Shown: positions 18,115 to 28,221 of the stretch, piece by piece
How the letters are laid out: every line of letters begins with the position of its first letter
Numbering within the stretch: position 1 is the first letter of the stretch
From: Flavobacteriales bacterium
GTDB taxonomy: Bacteria; Bacteroidota; Bacteroidia; Flavobacteriales_D; Parvicellaceae
Reading direction: 5' to 3'
DNA length: 46,435 nt
NCBI GenBank assembly: GCA_024635865.1
Contig: JAGXIB010000086.1
Coordinates: 1 to 46,435, forward strand
Notes under the pieces: model-generated
Told to the model about the DNA's origin: nothing
Seen by the model: the letters and a program-made list of their open reading frames with translations, nothing else
Database searches by the model: none
Position numbers and translations under genes: made by a program

Positions 18115-19227
18115 TTGAATTTCAAAAACAAAATAAAATCCCTCGACTGGGAATCAGTAGAAAAAAGTATTTACAGTAAAACTTCTGAAGATGTAGAGCA
18201 TGCATTAAAAGAAAACAAAAGGTCTTTGGAAGACTTTAAAGCTTTGATTTCTCCAGCTGCTGAGCCTTATTTAGAAGAAATGGCTCAATTAAGTAATCGT
18301 TTGACTCAAGAACGATTTGGAAAAACTGTACAGTTCTATATTCCACTATACTTATCTAATGAGTGTCAAAACATATGCACTTATTGTGGCTTTAGCTTAG
18401 ATATTAAAATTGCTAGAAAAACACTTACTGATGAAGAGATTCTAGAAGAAGTTAAAGTCATTAAATCTTATGGTTATGATCACGTATTAATTGTAACAGG
18501 TGAAGCTAATAAAACCGTAGGAGTCGATTATTTTAAGAATGCAGTTCGACTAATTAAACCTTACTTTTCTAACATTGCAATTGAAGTGCAGCCATTAGAT
18601 GAAGAGGAGTATAGAGATTTAATTGAAGAAGGCATCAATGCTGTATTAGTTTATCAGGAAACTTACCATAAAGAAAATTATAAGATTCATCATCCTAAGG
18701 GGAAAAAATCTAATTTTGAATATCGATTAGACACACATGACCGTTTAGGACGTGCTGAAATTCATAAAATGGGACTTGGCGTATTAATTGGATTAGAAGA
18801 TTGGAGAACAGATAGTTTTTATTGTGCCACACACTTAGATTACCTTGAAAAAAAATATTGGAAAACGAAATATGCAATCTCTTTCCCAAGACTTAGGCCA
18901 TGTGCTGGAGGTGCGGAGTTAAAATCTGTAATGACCGATAAAGAGTTAATACAACTAATTTGTGCTTACAGAATATTTAACCAAGAAATAGAACTTTCTA
19001 TGTCTACCAGAGAATCTAAATCTTTTAGAGAAAACTGTGTTAAATTTGGAATCACCTCTATTAGTGCAGATGCTAAAACAGATCCAGGGGGATATGCTAA
19101 CCCTAAAGTAAACCTCGAACAATTTGAAATAAATGATAAAAGACCTACAAGCGAGTTTATAAAAGCCATTGAAGCCCAAGGTTATGAACCCGTATTTAAA
19201 GATTGGGATCAAAGTTTACAAGAGTAA
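18115..19227 (+). CDS. thiH: 2-iminoacetate synthase ThiH (radical SAM tyrosine lyase)
   Basis: Matches my memory of E. coli ThiH along its length: LDWESV, YIPLYLSNECQNICTYCGFS, VQPL, YQETYH, HPKGKK, FPRLRP, STRES, DPGGY. The start is TTG; no ATG lies near the N-terminus. Confidence 0.9.
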   Translation: MNFKNKIKSLDWESVEKSIYSKTSEDVEHALKENKRSLEDFKALISPAAEPYLEEMAQLSNRLTQERFGKTVQFYIPLYLSNECQNICTYCGFSLDIKIARKTLTDEEILEEVKVIKSYGYDHVLIVTGEANKTVGVDYFKNAVRLIKPYFSNIAIEVQPLDEEEYRDLIEEGINAVLVYQETYHKENYKIHHPKGKKSNFEYRLDTHDRLGRAEIHKMGLGVLIGLEDWRTDSFYCATHLDYLEKKYWKTKYAISFPRLRPCAGGAELKSVMTDKELIQLICAYRIFNQEIELSMSTRESKSFRENCVKFGITSISADAKTDPGGYANPKVNLEQFEINDKRPTSEFIKAIEAQGYEPVFKDWDQSLQE

Positions 19228-19292
19228 GGGATAATAAATTTCTTTAAAACAGTTCAATTTATTAACTTCGCTCACTTTATTACCTAAAAATT

Positions 19293-20639
19293 ATGTTTGA
19301 AAATTTATCCGACAAGTTCGACAGAGCCTTTAAAGTATTAAAAGGACAAGGACAAATAACAGAAATTAACGTTGCTGAAACACTTAAAGAAGTACGTAGA
19401 GCATTGCTTGATGCCGATGTCAACTTTAAAACAGCAAAAGATTTCACGAATAGAGTTAAAGAAAAAGCTTTAGGAGAAAATGTATTAACTTCTATTTCTC
19501 CTAATCAGTTAATGATTAAAATTACCCATTCTGAGTTGAAAGACTTGATGGGAGGAACTTCTGAAGAGGTTGAAACGAAAGGCTCGCCTGGGATCATCTT
19601 AATGTCTGGTTTACAAGGGTCAGGAAAGACTACTTTCTCTGGAAAATTAGCAAATTACTTAAAAACAAAGAAAAATTTAAAGCCCCTATTAGTTGCCTGT
19701 GATGTTTATCGTCCAGCTGCTATAGATCAACTAGAAGTAGTTGGTGAACAAATTGGTGTCGAAGTATTTTCTGATCGTGAAAACAAAAAACCAGAAAGTA
19801 TTGCTCAAAAAGGTATTGATTATGCTAAAAGTAACGGTTTTAACGTTGTAATAATAGATACTGCAGGTCGTTTAGCTGTTGATGAGCAGATGATGGAAGA
19901 AATAGCCCTTGTAAAAAGAACTATTAATCCAACTGAAACCTTATTTGTTGTTGATGCAATGACTGGTCAAGATGCGGTGAATACAGCTAAAGCATTTAAT
20001 GATCGAATAAACTTTGATGGCGTTGTTTTAACCAAATTAGATGGTGATACTCGTGGTGGAGCAGCAATATCTATTAAATCTGTAGTAAATAAGCCCATAA
20101 AATTTATAGGAACTGGAGAAAAAATGGAGGCAATTGATGTTTTCCATCCAGAACGTATGGCAGACCGTATCCTTGGTATGGGAGATGTGGTTTCTTTAGT
20201 AGAAAGAGCACAAGAGCAGTTTGATGAAGAGGAAGCAAAAAGAATTCATAAAAAAATTCAAAAAAACACCTTTGATTTTAATGACTTCTACAACCAGATC
20301 CAACAAATCAAAAAAATGGGAAACATGAAAGATTTGGTTGGTATGATTCCTGGAATGAGAAAAGCAATGAAGGATGTAGAGGTAGAAGACGATGCTTTTA
20401 AACCAATAGAAGCAATCATTAGCTCTATGACTCCTAAAGAAAAAAGTAACCCTAAAATTATTACTACTAGTCGTAGAAATCGTATTGCAAAAGGAAGTGG
20501 AACATCACTACAAGATGTAAATAAATTGATGAAACAATTTGAAGACACTCGTAAAATGATGAAAATGATGAGTAACAAAAAGAATATGGCTACAATGATG
20601 AAACAGTTTAAAGGTATGGATGGAAAGATGCCGATGTAA
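19293..20639 (+). CDS. ffh: Signal recognition particle protein Ffh
   Basis: GLQGSGKTTF, DTAGRL, TKLDGDTRGGAA and a Met-rich C-terminal M domain. Confidence 0.96.
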   Translation: MFENLSDKFDRAFKVLKGQGQITEINVAETLKEVRRALLDADVNFKTAKDFTNRVKEKALGENVLTSISPNQLMIKITHSELKDLMGGTSEEVETKGSPGIILMSGLQGSGKTTFSGKLANYLKTKKNLKPLLVACDVYRPAAIDQLEVVGEQIGVEVFSDRENKKPESIAQKGIDYAKSNGFNVVIIDTAGRLAVDEQMMEEIALVKRTINPTETLFVVDAMTGQDAVNTAKAFNDRINFDGVVLTKLDGDTRGGAAISIKSVVNKPIKFIGTGEKMEAIDVFHPERMADRILGMGDVVSLVERAQEQFDEEEAKRIHKKIQKNTFDFNDFYNQIQQIKKMGNMKDLVGMIPGMRKAMKDVEVEDDAFKPIEAIISSMTPKEKSNPKIITTSRRNRIAKGSGTSLQDVNKLMKQFEDTRKMMKMMSNKKNMATMMKQFKGMDGKMPM

Positions 20640-20668
20640 TCTTATTTATTCATTAAGAAAAAATAAAA

Positions 20669-20698
20669 AGAGCACCTTATTTTATAGGGTGCTTTTTT
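20669..20698 (+). terminator. Rho-independent terminator after ffh
   Basis: Stem agcacc / ggtgct around an 11-nt loop, followed by TTTTTT (20693-20698). Confidence 0.6.
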
Positions 20699-20797
20699 AC
20701 TTAAAAAGCTTTTATCAACATTCTTTGTATTAAACATAAAATAGCTTTTAAATCATGGTAAATTTTAGTATTTTCGTGACAAATAAAATCAAACCAG

Positions 20798-21865
20798 ATG
20801 GCAACTGATAACATGCAATTAGAAATTACCAAAATAGACCAATCAAGAATTAATTCAGTAGATTGGGATAATTTACCTTTTGGTAAAGTATTTTCTGATC
20901 ACATGTTAATTATGGACTACAAAGACGGAGCATGGCAAAAACCTTCTATTGAACCTTTTGAAAATCTTTCTTTAACACCAGCTACATCTGTTTTGCATTA
21001 TGGTCAAACCATTTTTGAAGGAATGAAAGCCTATAAGAATAAAGAAGGGGAAGTTTTCTTGTTTAGACCTAAGCAAAATGCTAAACGCTTCAATCAGTCT
21101 GCTACTAGAATGTGTATGCCTGAAATACCTGAAGATGTATTTGTTGATTTCATTAAAACGTTAGTTGACATAGATCGTATGTGGATTCCTGAAAAAGAAG
21201 GATACTCCATGTACATCAGACCATTTATGATTGCAACTGATCCATATGTTGGAATTAGACCTTCCTCTACCTACAAGTTCATGATTTTCACATGTCCTGT
21301 CGGATCATATTATACAGAGCCTGTTCGCGTTAAAATAGAAACAGAGTATACTAGAGCTGCACATGGAGGAACTGGAGCTGCAAAAGCTGGAGGTAATTAC
21401 GCTGCATCTTTGTACCCTGCTAAATTAGCTCAAGAACAAGGTTACCAACAATTAATCTGGACAGATGCTCAAGAGCATAAATACATAGAGGAAGCTGGTA
21501 CTATGAATGTTGTTTTTCAAATTGGCAATAGAATTATTACTCCTAAATCAAGTGATACCATTTTAGATGGAGTGACTCGAAAAAGTGTCATTGAGATTGC
21601 TAGAGATTGGGGATACGAAATAGAAGAAAGAAAAGTTACGGTTGAAGAAATTATTACTGCGATCAAAAACAATGAGCTAGTCGATGCTTTTGGAGCTGGA
21701 ACAGCTGCTACTATCGCTCCAATTCAAACAATTAATTTTGAAGGTGTTGATTATGAACTACCGGAGGTTTCATCGAGAGATTTCTCTAACAAAGTCCTAG
21801 AATATTTAAACCTTTATAAACATGGTAAAACTGAAGATAAATTTAATTGGATTGTGAAATTTTAA
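20798..21865 (+). CDS. ilvE: Branched-chain amino acid aminotransferase
   Basis: Fold-type IV aminotransferase motifs YGQTIFEGMKAY, GGTGAAKAGGNYAAS and GVTR. Confidence 0.92.
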   Translation: MATDNMQLEITKIDQSRINSVDWDNLPFGKVFSDHMLIMDYKDGAWQKPSIEPFENLSLTPATSVLHYGQTIFEGMKAYKNKEGEVFLFRPKQNAKRFNQSATRMCMPEIPEDVFVDFIKTLVDIDRMWIPEKEGYSMYIRPFMIATDPYVGIRPSSTYKFMIFTCPVGSYYTEPVRVKIETEYTRAAHGGTGAAKAGGNYAASLYPAKLAQEQGYQQLIWTDAQEHKYIEEAGTMNVVFQIGNRIITPKSSDTILDGVTRKSVIEIARDWGYEIEERKVTVEEIITAIKNNELVDAFGAGTAATIAPIQTINFEGVDYELPEVSSRDFSNKVLEYLNLYKHGKTEDKFNWIVKF

Positions 21866-21920
21866 ATTTAACAACACTTCATTTAAACAGATAGTCATAA
21901 TTAACTAAAATTATAAAATT

Positions 21921-23087
21921 ATGAAAATCAGACATGTACTGATTGTTATTTTAAGTTTTTGTATAATAACAATTGTAGCTTTAGCTTTTAGCATAGGTAG
22001 AGAAGCTGGTATAAAGCATGGTGTTGAAAATGCTGAAAAAATAAGGGCTAAAAAACAAAAGGGAAAACAACTAACAACAGATTCTATTACTCCTAAGTAT
22101 GTCAAAGCGATTACTATAAAAAATGAAATTCACCCTATTGAACTAAAGGGATATGGTAAGGTAATTTCTGCAACATCAATTAACATTTCTACTGAAGTAC
22201 AAGGAATACTTTCTTCTTCAATTTACATAAAAAAAGGAACACATTTCCAAAAAGGTCAAGTTTTATTTACAATCAAAAATAATGACGTTAAGTTAGGACT
22301 ACAAAGTAAGAAAAGCTCATTCTTAACTCAACTATCCGCTATTCTACCAGACTTAAATATAGACTACCCTGAAAGTTTTGATCAATGGAAACTATTTTTT
22401 GAAAAAATAGACGTTCAAAAACCACTTCCACCACTACCCAATTTTAAATCAACAAAAGAAAAAAGCTTCATTATTTCTAGAAATATTTTGAGCCAATATT
22501 ACAGTATTCAAAGTGATGAGGCGAGGTTAAAAAAATATACAATAACTGCGCCTTTTTCTGGCAGTATCATTGAAGCCTATACTGATGAAGGAGCAAATGT
22601 ATCTCCAGGAATGTCTGTAATTAAAATATTAAGAGAAGGTAAATTAGAAATCGAAATACCTATCCTTGCTAATAATCTTTCCTTAATTAACAAAGGACAA
22701 GAAGTTCAACTTAAGCATAATAATGATAACGTTATTTTTGGAAAAATTAGTAGGATAGGAAATTATGTAAACCCTACCACTCAAACAATTCCAGTTTTTG
22801 TTGATATTATGTCAGGTAAAAATAATTTATACAATGGCATGTACTTAGAATCTACTATTAATTGTAATTCTTTATTAAGAGCTGCAAAAATACCAAGAAC
22901 TGCTATTTTTGATGATGAAAAGGTTTTTTCAATTACTAATAATAATGAATTGAAAGAGATTAATATTGAAATCTCTACTTACCAAGATAAATTTGTTTTA
23001 GTAACAGGATTAAAAGACGGGATGAAGATTGTATCCGAAGCAATTGTAAATGCTAAAGACGGTACCACAGTAGCAATACTTAATTAA
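21921..23087 (+). CDS. RND efflux periplasmic adaptor (membrane fusion protein, HlyD family)
   Basis: N-terminal TM anchor, barrel-sandwich/lipoyl-like segments (APFSGSIIEAYTDEGANVSPG). It lies 15 nt upstream of the RND permease. Confidence 0.8.
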   Translation: MKIRHVLIVILSFCIITIVALAFSIGREAGIKHGVENAEKIRAKKQKGKQLTTDSITPKYVKAITIKNEIHPIELKGYGKVISATSINISTEVQGILSSSIYIKKGTHFQKGQVLFTIKNNDVKLGLQSKKSSFLTQLSAILPDLNIDYPESFDQWKLFFEKIDVQKPLPPLPNFKSTKEKSFIISRNILSQYYSIQSDEARLKKYTITAPFSGSIIEAYTDEGANVSPGMSVIKILREGKLEIEIPILANNLSLINKGQEVQLKHNNDNVIFGKISRIGNYVNPTTQTIPVFVDIMSGKNNLYNGMYLESTINCNSLLRAAKIPRTAIFDDEKVFSITNNNELKEINIEISTYQDKFVLVTGLKDGMKIVSEAIVNAKDGTTVAILN

Positions 23088-23102
23088 TAATAAGTTGAAG
23101 CA

Positions 23103-26100
23103 ATGAGAAATTTCATTTCATTTTTTGTAAAGTACCCTATTTGGTCTAATGCAATTATAGTAACTACAGCATTAGCGGGGATATTGAGCATCTTTACCAT
23201 GAACCATTCTTTTTTTCCCGAGTTAAATCCTAACATGATTTTTGTAACGGTTGTTTACCCTGGGGCTTCTCCTGAAGAAATTGAAGAGGGAATTGCAACG
23301 AAAATCGAAGAGTCTCTTACTGGTATTGAAGGAGTAAAAGAAACGAGCTCTACTTCTTCTGAAAATATTTGCAATGTCAATATTGAAGCAATTGAAGGAA
23401 CGGATTTAAATATTTTATTACAAGAGGTTAAAAATGCAGTTGATGGTATAATTTCTATGCCAGAAGGAGCAGAACGACCTATTGTCGTTTCTCAAAAATC
23501 ACGAGGAATGGGAAGCATGGGTGGACTCGTAGGTTACCTTACTTTAAAAGGACCCAATGATCTATATCTTTTAAAAGAAATGTCCGATAAGATTGAACGA
23601 GACTTTTTAGCTTCAAAAGAAATGTCTCAAATTACTGTTTTTGGTTATGCTCCGCAAATAATCGCAATAGATGTAAGGGCTGATGATCTTTTAAAATATA
23701 ATTTAACCTTCGATGAAATAAGTCAGAAAGTACAAACTAGCAACATAGATATTTCTGGAGGGACTATTAAATCAAACGATGAAGAGCTTTATATTCGTTC
23801 ACTTAATAAATCTACTGATGCAAAAGAAATTGAAAAAATAGTAATAAAAGCTTCTCCCACTGGTGAGTTAATTCGATTAAAAGACATTGCAGATGTAAAG
23901 TTTGAATTTTCTGATATTGCAATAGAAAATTATGTTGATGGTCAACGGAGTGTCTCATTTGTCATAAAGAAACTTCCCTCAGAAGATTTACATGGTATTT
24001 CAGTTTTTGTAGATAACTATATCTCTGAGTTTAACAAAAAAAATAAAGGTTATGAAATGCAAACGCTTTTTATGTTCTCCGAATTATTAGATCAGAGAAT
24101 CAATATGCTAACCAATAACCTATTAATCGGCTTATTGCTTGTTTGCATTGTATTAGGATTATTTTTAAGTTTAAGACTTTCCATTTGGGTAGCTTTTGGA
24201 ATTCCATTTTCATTCTTAGGAATGTTCTTTTTAGGATCCCTATATGGTATGACTATCAATATGATCTCGTTGTTCGGGATGATTTTAGTTGTTGGTATTT
24301 TGGTTGATGATGGAATTGTAATTGCTGAAAATATATTTTCTCATTATGAAAGAGGAAAAACACCTGTACAAGCTGCAATAGATGGGACAATGGAAGTCCT
24401 AAGTTCTGTATTTACTTCTATTTTGACCACAATTGTCGCTTTTGGTTTTCTTTTATTTGTTGGAGGACAAATGGAAATGATGGAAGAAATGGCATTTAGT
24501 GTTATCGCTTGTCTTGCTTTTTCTATGATAGAAGCTTTCTTAATTCTTCCAGCCCACCTTTCCAGCAAAAAAGTGCTGAATCCTACTAATGTTAATTGGT
24601 ATAATAATATTAGGAAATCTATAGAAGGTGGAATATCAAAACTGACTAACTCCTACACTAAATTATCTTATAAGATGATTAAGCACTATAGATGGTTTGT
24701 ATATACACCAATAATATTTATTGGAATGATTATAATCCTTATGTATTCTGGATACATAAAAGGAGCCTTCTTCCCTGCTATCCCATTCGATGACATCTCT
24801 ATAGATATTGCTTTTAAACCCGGAGATCGAGAAAATAAAACAAAGTCTTTTATCTCTTATCTAAACGATGTTGTGGATGATTATAATGAGGATTTAATCG
24901 CTGAGTTTGATGATACTTTAATAAAATATGTCTCTGCTAATATTGGACAAGCACAAAGAATAAGCGAAACGGGAAGTCATGCAGGCTCCATCCGTGTATC
25001 GGTGAAAGAAAATGATTTTATTTCAACAGTTGAGATTTCTAAAGAAATTAAGAATAGAATTAATGCAGACTCTTTAAAAAAACTAGAGAAATTCACCATT
25101 GGAGGAGACACTCCTTTTGGAAAAGACATTTCAATTTCATTACAGAGTGTAAATTCTAAAGAGTTAAAAAGTGCAATAGCTTGGGTTAAGTCAGAAATAG
25201 AAGCTATGCCAGAAGTCTTAGATTTAACTGACAACTCTGGGATTGGGAATAGAGAAATAAACTTAAAGTTAAAACCTAAAGCCTTCTTATTAGGTTTAAA
25301 CGAAGCGACAATATTAGGCCAAATTAGACAAGGGTTTTACGGAAAAGAAATTCAAAGAGTCATTATTGGAAGGGATGAAGTTAAGATTTGGGCACGTTTT
25401 CCCGAACAAGACAGAAATTCTATAGGAGATTTAGATAATTTAAGAATTAAAACACAGCAAGGATTAGAAATTCCACTTTCAGAATTAGCGACTTATGAAA
25501 TCTCAAGAGGTAAAGTAGCGATAAGGCACATTAATGGGAACAAGGAAGTTCGTATTATTGGGAGTCTTTATGATAGTGAATTATCCTCAGATGTCAATAC
25601 TAAGATAAAGAAAGACTTGTTAGACGTTTTAAAAGATAAATTCCCCGACGTTTCCTATTCTGTGAAAGGGCAAGCAGAAAAAGCTCAAGAATCTATTCAA
25701 AGTTTATTAATTTCATTCGTATTAGCGATCTTATTAATACTAATCATTTTATCGTTAAACTTCTCTTCCTTCTATCAAGCTAGAATTATATTAATGGTCA
25801 TTCCTGTAGGAATCTTTAGTGCACTCTTGGGACATGGAATTAAAGGAATCCCATTTTCAATTTTTAGTTTCTTAGGAGTAATTGGTTTAGTTGGAATATT
25901 GGTAAATGATGCTGTAGTAATGCTTGACCAATTTAACCGAAACTTAAAAGAGAAAATGCCTATTGAAGTAGCGGCTGTAGAAGCAGGTAGAGCTAGGTTT
26001 AGACCGATTATTTTAACTTCTATCACTACTGTTGCAGGTTTACTTCCCTTAATTTACTTCGAGACTAGTTTCCAAGCTAAGTTTTTAATCCCAATGGGCG

Positions 26101-26291
26101 TATCTATTGCCTTTGGTGTTTTATTTGGAACAATGGCCTTAATTTTGTTCTACCCTTCCTTAATCTTGTATTTTAACGACATCAGGAGAGCAAGGTTTTG
26201 GTTGTGGAGAGGAGGGGAAACGGCTCCAACCAAATTGGAAGTAGAGCCCAACACTAAAATAGCTAAACGAATAGCTGAAATGAATGAATAA
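23103..26291 (+). CDS. RND efflux permease (AcrB/AcrD/AcrF superfamily)
   Basis: 1062 aa with the internally duplicated 1+5 TM pattern. The N-terminus (FFVKYPIWSNAIIVTTALAGILS...PELNPNMIFVTVVYPGASPEEIE) and GILVDDGIVIAENI / GILVNDAVVMLD are typical. Confidence 0.92.
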   Translation: MRNFISFFVKYPIWSNAIIVTTALAGILSIFTMNHSFFPELNPNMIFVTVVYPGASPEEIEEGIATKIEESLTGIEGVKETSSTSSENICNVNIEAIEGTDLNILLQEVKNAVDGIISMPEGAERPIVVSQKSRGMGSMGGLVGYLTLKGPNDLYLLKEMSDKIERDFLASKEMSQITVFGYAPQIIAIDVRADDLLKYNLTFDEISQKVQTSNIDISGGTIKSNDEELYIRSLNKSTDAKEIEKIVIKASPTGELIRLKDIADVKFEFSDIAIENYVDGQRSVSFVIKKLPSEDLHGISVFVDNYISEFNKKNKGYEMQTLFMFSELLDQRINMLTNNLLIGLLLVCIVLGLFLSLRLSIWVAFGIPFSFLGMFFLGSLYGMTINMISLFGMILVVGILVDDGIVIAENIFSHYERGKTPVQAAIDGTMEVLSSVFTSILTTIVAFGFLLFVGGQMEMMEEMAFSVIACLAFSMIEAFLILPAHLSSKKVLNPTNVNWYNNIRKSIEGGISKLTNSYTKLSYKMIKHYRWFVYTPIIFIGMIIILMYSGYIKGAFFPAIPFDDISIDIAFKPGDRENKTKSFISYLNDVVDDYNEDLIAEFDDTLIKYVSANIGQAQRISETGSHAGSIRVSVKENDFISTVEISKEIKNRINADSLKKLEKFTIGGDTPFGKDISISLQSVNSKELKSAIAWVKSEIEAMPEVLDLTDNSGIGNREINLKLKPKAFLLGLNEATILGQIRQGFYGKEIQRVIIGRDEVKIWARFPEQDRNSIGDLDNLRIKTQQGLEIPLSELATYEISRGKVAIRHINGNKEVRIIGSLYDSELSSDVNTKIKKDLLDVLKDKFPDVSYSVKGQAEKAQESIQSLLISFVLAILLILIILSLNFSSFYQARIILMVIPVGIFSALLGHGIKGIPFSIFSFLGVIGLVGILVNDAVVMLDQFNRNLKEKMPIEVAAVEAGRARFRPIILTSITTVAGLLPLIYFETSFQAKFLIPMGVSIAFGVLFGTMALILFYPSLILYFNDIRRARFWLWRGGETAPTKLEVEPNTKIAKRIAEMNE

Positions 26292-26329
26292 TTTTAATAT
26301 TCATCATAAATTAGAAATATAAATTCTTT

Positions 26330-26989
26330 ATGACTAAACTTTTATTAACCATAATTCTAGGATTATTTGCTTTTGTTAATCTAGCTCAAGATACGCTTAC
26401 CGCTAAAGAAATGCAAATGGTAAAAGAAGAAATGGCTAGAACTCAAATACAGGAATTAAAAGGAGGAGTTTTATTGGTACAACTAAAAACTAAACAAAAT
26501 ACAATAGGTGCCTATAATACAAAAGGTTTAAGGGAAAAAGCTGATGAAGTTAAAGAGCTACAAGCGTTAGACAACATGAGCATCATAAAAGGATTTAAAG
26601 AATACTTTAATTTTTGTCCGGTATACTTTTACTACTCATCAGATAAAGAACACTTAAAAAACAAAGAATTTAGCTCTATTAAATTCCTAGACGACAGCCT
26701 TACTCCTATTTCATTAAACATTAGTTTAGATACAGTAAATTACTTCATTTCTGGCATTTCAAAAAGCAACTTTAACAATACAACTTTAAACAATATTTAT
26801 AATTACGAAAGGAAGTATGAAAGAGGGATTAAGTTCGATGCCTTTATTATTAAGAATAAAGACTTTCAACAACTTTCAGCTCCTTTTCCTTACTACGCAA
26901 AAACTCACACAGCAGTTAAAATTAATGATAAGAAAAGATGGGAATCGATTAAAAAGCTAAACGCTAGATTACATAATTTTTATCGCTAA
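26330..26989 (+). CDS. Hypothetical secreted protein
   Basis: Signal peptide LLLTIILGLFAFVNLAQD. No family recognised. Sits 38 nt downstream of the RND permease. Confidence 0.55.
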   Translation: MTKLLLTIILGLFAFVNLAQDTLTAKEMQMVKEEMARTQIQELKGGVLLVQLKTKQNTIGAYNTKGLREKADEVKELQALDNMSIIKGFKEYFNFCPVYFYYSSDKEHLKNKEFSSIKFLDDSLTPISLNISLDTVNYFISGISKSNFNNTTLNNIYNYERKYERGIKFDAFIIKNKDFQQLSAPFPYYAKTHTAVKINDKKRWESIKKLNARLHNFYR

Positions 26990-27002
26990 AAGTTACTATT
27001 AT

Positions 27003-28148
27003 CTAGTCAGGGTCTGAAAACCTAGAATCAGTAACGAACTCCTCATCTGTTAACGTCAATAAAAAAGCTTTTAAGTCCGCTCTATCTTGTGGATTTAATT
27101 GAACACCTCCTGTACTAACATTTTTCATTAGAGGATCAATGGTACTTGAATATTGCAAACCAATACTGTAATGATTAATTACCTCATCTATAGTTTGAAA
27201 ACGACCATCATGCATATAAGGTGCTGTATATAATAAGTTCCTTAATGATGGCGTTTTAAATTTACCATTGTCTGAAGGATTCCCAGTCACCGCTCCTCTA
27301 CCTAAGTCAGAAAAACTAGCATCTAATCCATTGTTATGATAAAGATTATCTGTCCATAAAGGGTTATAAGGATCTCCATGGCAATGAAAACAATCTCCAC
27401 CAGACTCATCCATAAAAATATTATATCCACTTAATTCAGAAGGATTCAACGTTAAGTGCCCTTTTAAATATTTATCAAATTTTGAATTCCCTGAGATTAA
27501 AGTACGTTCAAATTGAGCCAATGCTTTTACGACTAAATTAGAGTCTATCACATTCGTTCCAAAAGCTCTTTCAAATAATTCAGGATACTTATCATCGGCT
27601 TGTAACTCACTAACAGCACTACCCCATGTGTTATGCATTTCTATCGGGTTAGTTACAGGTTCAAAAGCTTGACCTTCTAGCCCAATTGATCTTCCATCCC
27701 AAAAAAATTGGTATCCATAATCCCAAGCCATATTCATAAGCGGCATTGAGTTTCTATTACCAGCTATTCCATCAATACCAACACTAAAGGTAGCATCATC
27801 TGTAAATGCATTTTCTTGTTTATGACAGCTAGCACAGCTAATTGTATTGTTTGCAGATAGTTTTTCTTCATAAAATAATTTTCTTCCTAAAGCTATACCT
27901 TCATTTGTTAAAGGATTATCATTTGGAATACTTGGAGCAGGTAAATATTGGCTAATAGTATATGGAGCTTCTAGCGTATAGGGTGTTGGAGCTGGAATTA
28001 CCTCATACTCACAAGTCCCATCATCTTTTTCTGCATTAACATCATAGTTTAACGCAGTAACATCTGTACATCCTTTAGGTTTTCTACAACTAGAATTAAA
28101 AAGACTAATTGATAACAATAAAGAAACTAATATTAAATTATAATTCAT
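27003..28148 (-). CDS. Di-haem cytochrome c peroxidase-family lipoprotein (MauG/MbnH-like)
   Basis: Lipobox LFNSSC. Two haem c sites, CASCH and CFHCH. PSLRNLLYTAPYMHDGRF is the CCP/MauG signature. Adjacent to the MbnP-like gene. Confidence 0.88.
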   Translation of the reverse strand: MNYNLILVSLLLSISLFNSSCRKPKGCTDVTALNYDVNAEKDDGTCEYEVIPAPTPYTLEAPYTISQYLPAPSIPNDNPLTNEGIALGRKLFYEEKLSANNTISCASCHKQENAFTDDATFSVGIDGIAGNRNSMPLMNMAWDYGYQFFWDGRSIGLEGQAFEPVTNPIEMHNTWGSAVSELQADDKYPELFERAFGTNVIDSNLVVKALAQFERTLISGNSKFDKYLKGHLTLNPSELSGYNIFMDESGGDCFHCHGDPYNPLWTDNLYHNNGLDASFSDLGRGAVTGNPSDNGKFKTPSLRNLLYTAPYMHDGRFQTIDEVINHYSIGLQYSSTIDPLMKNVSTGGVQLNPQDRADLKAFLLTLTDEEFVTDSRFSDPD

Positions 28149-28162
28149 ATTAACAAAAATAG

Positions 28163-28198
28163 AAAAAAACCTAGCCTTTAGTTAAACTAGGCCTTTTT
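28163..28198 (-). terminator. Intra-cluster hairpin plus U-tract between the MbnP-like and peroxidase genes (possible attenuator or partial terminator)
   Basis: The minus-strand RNA reads aaaaaggccuag-uuuaacuaaagg-cuagguuuuuuu. The core stem is ccuag/cuagg, extendable by two G-U and several A-U pairs, and the 3' side runs into U7. The stem is weak. Confidence 0.3.
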
Positions 28199-28221
28199 GA
28201 TAATTAAAATTACAGACTAAA

